This document shows positions 53,501 through 55,827 of a stretch of DNA of 55,827 bases, piece after piece. A model generated the notes under the pieces. The model was not told the origin of the DNA. It ran no database searches and saw only the letters and a program-made list of their open reading frames with translations. Every line of letters starts with the position of its first letter. Position 1 is the stretch's first letter. The stretch spans positions 1 through 55,827 of the forward strand of contig JACPVZ010000043.1 in NCBI GenBank assembly GCA_016197305.1, in the 5' to 3' direction. Source of the stretch: Nitrosomonadales bacterium. GTDB taxonomy: Bacteria > Pseudomonadota > Gammaproteobacteria > Burkholderiales > Gallionellaceae. The position numbers and the translations under genes were made by a program.

Positions 53501-53954
53501 AACCACGCGTGGAAATCCGGTCCACACCCAAGGAGGTGATGGCCCCCGAACTTAACCCGGCGAGCACAAAGGCAAGGAACACCTGATGCGGCACATCGCC
53601 GGACGGGAACAGCATCACCGTGCCTGCCCCCCAGGCGATCCCGGTTGCGATGGCGACCATACGGAAGCGCCGCATCCAGTGCCACGAGGAGTTCTTGGCA
53701 TCCTGTCCGCCGCGCCGCCAGGCCAGCAGCAACAGCGTTCTGACCGACAACACCGAGCCGATCAGCAGCCCCCACAGCAGCAATTTATCCTGCGCGATGA
53801 CGGATGCCTGCACGACGCCCAGCATCAGCGCCAGCAGCGCGTTGATGACGATCGCGGCAGGCAGACTGGCATATAACAACCTGGTCTGTTCCGCCAGCAA
53901 TGCCTGTTCCTGCACCGCGCTGTCACCGAGACGTTGTCGTCGCATCCCCATCAT
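50517..53954 (-). CDS. Membrane hybrid sensor histidine kinase (TM-PAS-PAS-HisKA-HATPase-pseudoREC-REC-Hpt)
   Basis: About five TMs, two PAS/PAC units, SHEIRTPMNG H-box, NAIKF, DNGIG, GGTGLGL, AEDN..DLHMPEMDG, AHKLKSS Hpt. Confidence 0.93.
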   Translation of the reverse strand: MMGMRRQRLGDSAVQEQALLAEQTRLLYASLPAAIVINALLALMLGVVQASVIAQDKLLLWGLLIGSVLSVRTLLLLAWRRGGQDAKNSSWHWMRRFRMVAIATGIAWGAGTVMLFPSGDVPHQVFLAFVLAGLSSGAITSLGVDRISTRGFIVPTLLPLIVCFWAEGGAIPLAMGTMGLLYMFAIVANAARVGASFNEIIQLRIEAVNRERVLGQSEERLRQAQQVAHLGSSVWSAQSAKLLWSDEYFRIWGLEPQSVTPSYALFRKGIHPDDLAKVESILQHAMLKGQSYDFEHRVVWPDGTVRHVHSCGEVIFDDAGKVVRMTGTAQDVTARKEAEINWQEALERLQKIASRVPGMVYQFRMRPDGGFCFPFASDAIHEIFRVSPEQVREDAAPVFALVLPEDLPATLESIRVSARDLSPWHHEARIRFNDGKVLWLFGNALPQREADGSVLWHGFITDITERKQIEESLRQLNEQLEQKVAMRTADLEQSRHDAERANQAKSAFLATVSHEIRTPMNGVIGMTELLQQSNLNRTQTEMVRVIHDSAFSLLGVINDILDFSKIEAGKLQVENEAMSVAGTVEEVCRTLDALAVRRGVELTLFTDPAIPALLLGDAGRLRQILINLTNNAIKFSGGMLYQGKVSVRSLLVADDGQQVTLEFRVLDNGIGIDEATQKKLFTPFTQADSGATRDFGGTGLGLAISRQLAGMMGGQITLQSAPGEGALFSVHLPFTRLQGQPDVPEAPSRLAGLSCLVLGEGLAEDLAVYLKRASVLVERARSSAAARAWIEHHPPGLCVIVIDAAGAPPPVDELRMASQDRPNLELRFVVIKHNRHYGEKRVTPDLVELDAEVMNRQAFLDAVAQAAGFALQDVVEMPQEDGITLPLLSREEARRQHSLVLVAEDNDINRKVIARQLMSLGYTADIADNGREALKLWQSGDYNLLLADLHMPEMDGYELTAAIRTSENGHGRIPIIAFTANVIKGEEDHCRAVGMDDYLTKPVQLFSLKAILEKWLPDAASKGRMAAVTTMPVSSYPMHLDVSVLKRLVGDDAVLIRRFLTDFHGSAVRIAAALRNACAAGNTAEVGAIAHKLKSSARSVGAMPLGDLCAAIEQAGKAGDGQALAELLPKFEQEFSSVKQRIENY

Positions 53955-54013
53955 CCAGCGGATCTAGATATCACCAGAACTACAGGCAAGCACATCGTTA
54001 CCGACGCACAGGA

Positions 54014-55827
54014 TCAGCGCACGCAATCCACGAAGTAGCGTTTCTCTCCATCGATCTCTTCGGCCACCAGCCCGTGGATATCGGTCTCGAAACCGGGCAG
54101 CTTCTGGTTGAAGTCACGCGCAAACCTGAGGTAATCGACGATGGTCTTGTTGAATATCTCGCCGGGAATCAGCAGCGGGATCCCCGGCGGATAGGGCGTC
54201 AGCAGCACCGCGGTGATACGCCCTTCCAGCTGGTCGATCTCGACACGCTCGATCTCGTCATGCGCCATCCTGGCGAACGCATCGGAAGGCTTCATCGCCG
54301 GCTGCATGTCCGACAGATACATCTCGGTGGTCATGCGCGCGACGTTGTGTGTCTTGTAGGCATCGTGGATCTGCTGGCACAGATCGCGCAGGCCGACGCG
54401 TTCGTATTGCGGGAATCTCGCCGCGAACTCGGGCAGGATGCGCCAGATCGGCTGATTCTTGTCGTAATCGTCCTTGAACTGCTGCAATGCGGTCAGCAGC
54501 GTGTTCCAGCGCCCCTTGGTGATGCCGATCGTGAACATGATGAAGAACGAGTACAGCCCACATTTCTCGACAATCACGCCGTGCTCGGACAGGTATTTGG
54601 TCACCATGGACGCGGGGATGCCGCCCTCCGCGAAATCGCCGTCCACATCCAGCCCCGGCGTGATGATGGTCGCCTTGATCGGGTCGAGCATGTTGAAGCC
54701 CTCGGCCAGCGCGCCAAAGCCGTGCCACTTGTCGGAAGCCTTGAGCACCCAGTCCTCGCGCGAACCGACGCCCTCTTCGGCGAGGTCGTCCGGCCCCCAC
54801 ACCTTGAACCACCAGTCCATGCCGAACTCTTCGTCCACCTTGCGCATCGCGCGGCGGAAATCCAGCGCTTCGGCGATCGACTCCTCGACCAGGGCGGTGC
54901 CGCCCGGCGGCTCCATCATCGCCGCCGCCACGTCGCACGAGGCGATGATCGCGTACTGCGGGCTGGTCGAGGTGTGCATCAGGTAGGCTTCGTTGAAAAT
55001 GTGCTTGTTCAGCTTGCGGCTCTCCGATTCGCGCACCAGGATCTGCGATGCCTGCGACAAGCCCGCCAGCAGCTTGTGGGTGGACTGCGTCGCGAAGATC
55101 ATCGACTCCTTGGCGCGCGGCCGGTATTTCCCGATCGCATGCATGTCCTTGTAGAACTCGTGGAACGCCGCATGCGGCAGCCACGCCTCGTCGAAATGCA
55201 GCGTGTCGATATGCCCGTCCAGCATCTGCTTCAGCATCTCGACGTTGTACACCACGCCATCGTAAGTGCTCTGCGTGATGGTCAGGATGCGCGGCTTCTT
55301 GGTCTTGTCCTTGATGAACGGATTCGCGTTGATTTTCTTCTGGATGCTGTCCGGCTCGAATTCGGACTTCGGGATAGGCCCGATGATGCCGTAATGGTTG
55401 CGCGTCGGCGTCAGGAACACCGGCACCGCCCCGGTCATCATGATCGAATGCAGTATCGATTTGTGGCAGTTGCGGTCCACGACGACGATGTCGTCCGGCG
55501 CGACGGTCGAGTGCCACACGATCTTGTTCGAGGTCGAAGTGCCGTTGGTGACGAAGAACAGATGGTCCGAATTGAAGATGCGCGCCGCATTGCGCTCCGA
55601 GGCCGCCACCGGCCCGGTATGGTCGAGCAACTGCCCCAGCTCGTCGACCGCGTTGCACACGTCGGCACGCAGCATGTTCTCGCCGAAGAACTGGTGGAAC
55701 ATCTGCCCCACCGGCGACTTCAGGAATGCCACGCCGCCGGAGTGCCCGGGACAGTGCCAGGAATAGGAGCCGTCCTGTGCGTAGTGTAACAGCGCGCGGA
55801 AGAACGGCGGCGCCAGCGAATCCAGGT
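54014..55827 (-). CDS. Arginine/lysine/ornithine decarboxylase (5' end outside window)
   Basis: HCPGHSGG, NGTSTSNK, DRNCHKS, HFDEAW, STHK PLP lysine, TSTSP, PYPPGIP; frame stays open to the window edge. Confidence 0.93.
   Translation of the reverse strand, partial: LDSLAPPFFRALLHYAQDGSYSWHCPGHSGGVAFLKSPVGQMFHQFFGENMLRADVCNAVDELGQLLDHTGPVAASERNAARIFNSDHLFFVTNGTSTSNKIVWHSTVAPDDIVVVDRNCHKSILHSIMMTGAVPVFLTPTRNHYGIIGPIPKSEFEPDSIQKKINANPFIKDKTKKPRILTITQSTYDGVVYNVEMLKQMLDGHIDTLHFDEAWLPHAAFHEFYKDMHAIGKYRPRAKESMIFATQSTHKLLAGLSQASQILVRESESRKLNKHIFNEAYLMHTSTSPQYAIIASCDVAAAMMEPPGGTALVEESIAEALDFRRAMRKVDEEFGMDWWFKVWGPDDLAEEGVGSREDWVLKASDKWHGFGALAEGFNMLDPIKATIITPGLDVDGDFAEGGIPASMVTKYLSEHGVIVEKCGLYSFFIMFTIGITKGRWNTLLTALQQFKDDYDKNQPIWRILPEFAARFPQYERVGLRDLCQQIHDAYKTHNVARMTTEMYLSDMQPAMKPSDAFARMAHDEIERVEIDQLEGRITAVLLTPYPPGIPLLIPGEIFNKTIVDYLRFARDFNQKLPGFETDIHGLVAEEIDGEKRYFVDCVR

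Overview
A GC-rich, mostly core-genome window from a betaproteobacterium; gene content and order suggest Nitrosomonadales, probably Gallionellaceae-like (inference). It holds familiar housekeeping blocks: miaB-phoH-ybeY-corC; maeB-patatin-birA-coaX-SPOR-tRNA-Met; rpsU-yqeY-dnaG-rpoD-tRNA-Ile2-hrpA; tyrS/M23-anmK; rplM-rpsI-argC-DUF6776-bactofilin-erpA; trpC-coq7; proA; lpdA; thyA-folA; and a hybrid kinase plus REC-EAL pair. Accessory or unexplained parts are: (i) an AT-rich, CTAG-rich ~600 bp stretch between miaB and tRNA-Met with two paralogous 31-aa hydrophobic small ORFs missing from the ORF track, each with its own RBS and promoter-like boxes and shared flanking motifs (best candidate for an undescribed system); (ii) a Cys-nucleophile alpha/beta hydrolase next to an ACP and a FabF-type ketosynthase; (iii) an EcoRII/Dcm-type restriction-modification operon with an HTH-fused methylase, a candidate operator, an uncharacterised inserted gene and a truncated vsr; (iv) two different GTAG-type REP doublets. 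Three genes (patatin, dnaG, vsr) show deletion-like breaks that may be assembly artefacts. No CRISPR array, rRNA, integrase, transposase or reverse transcriptase was seen.
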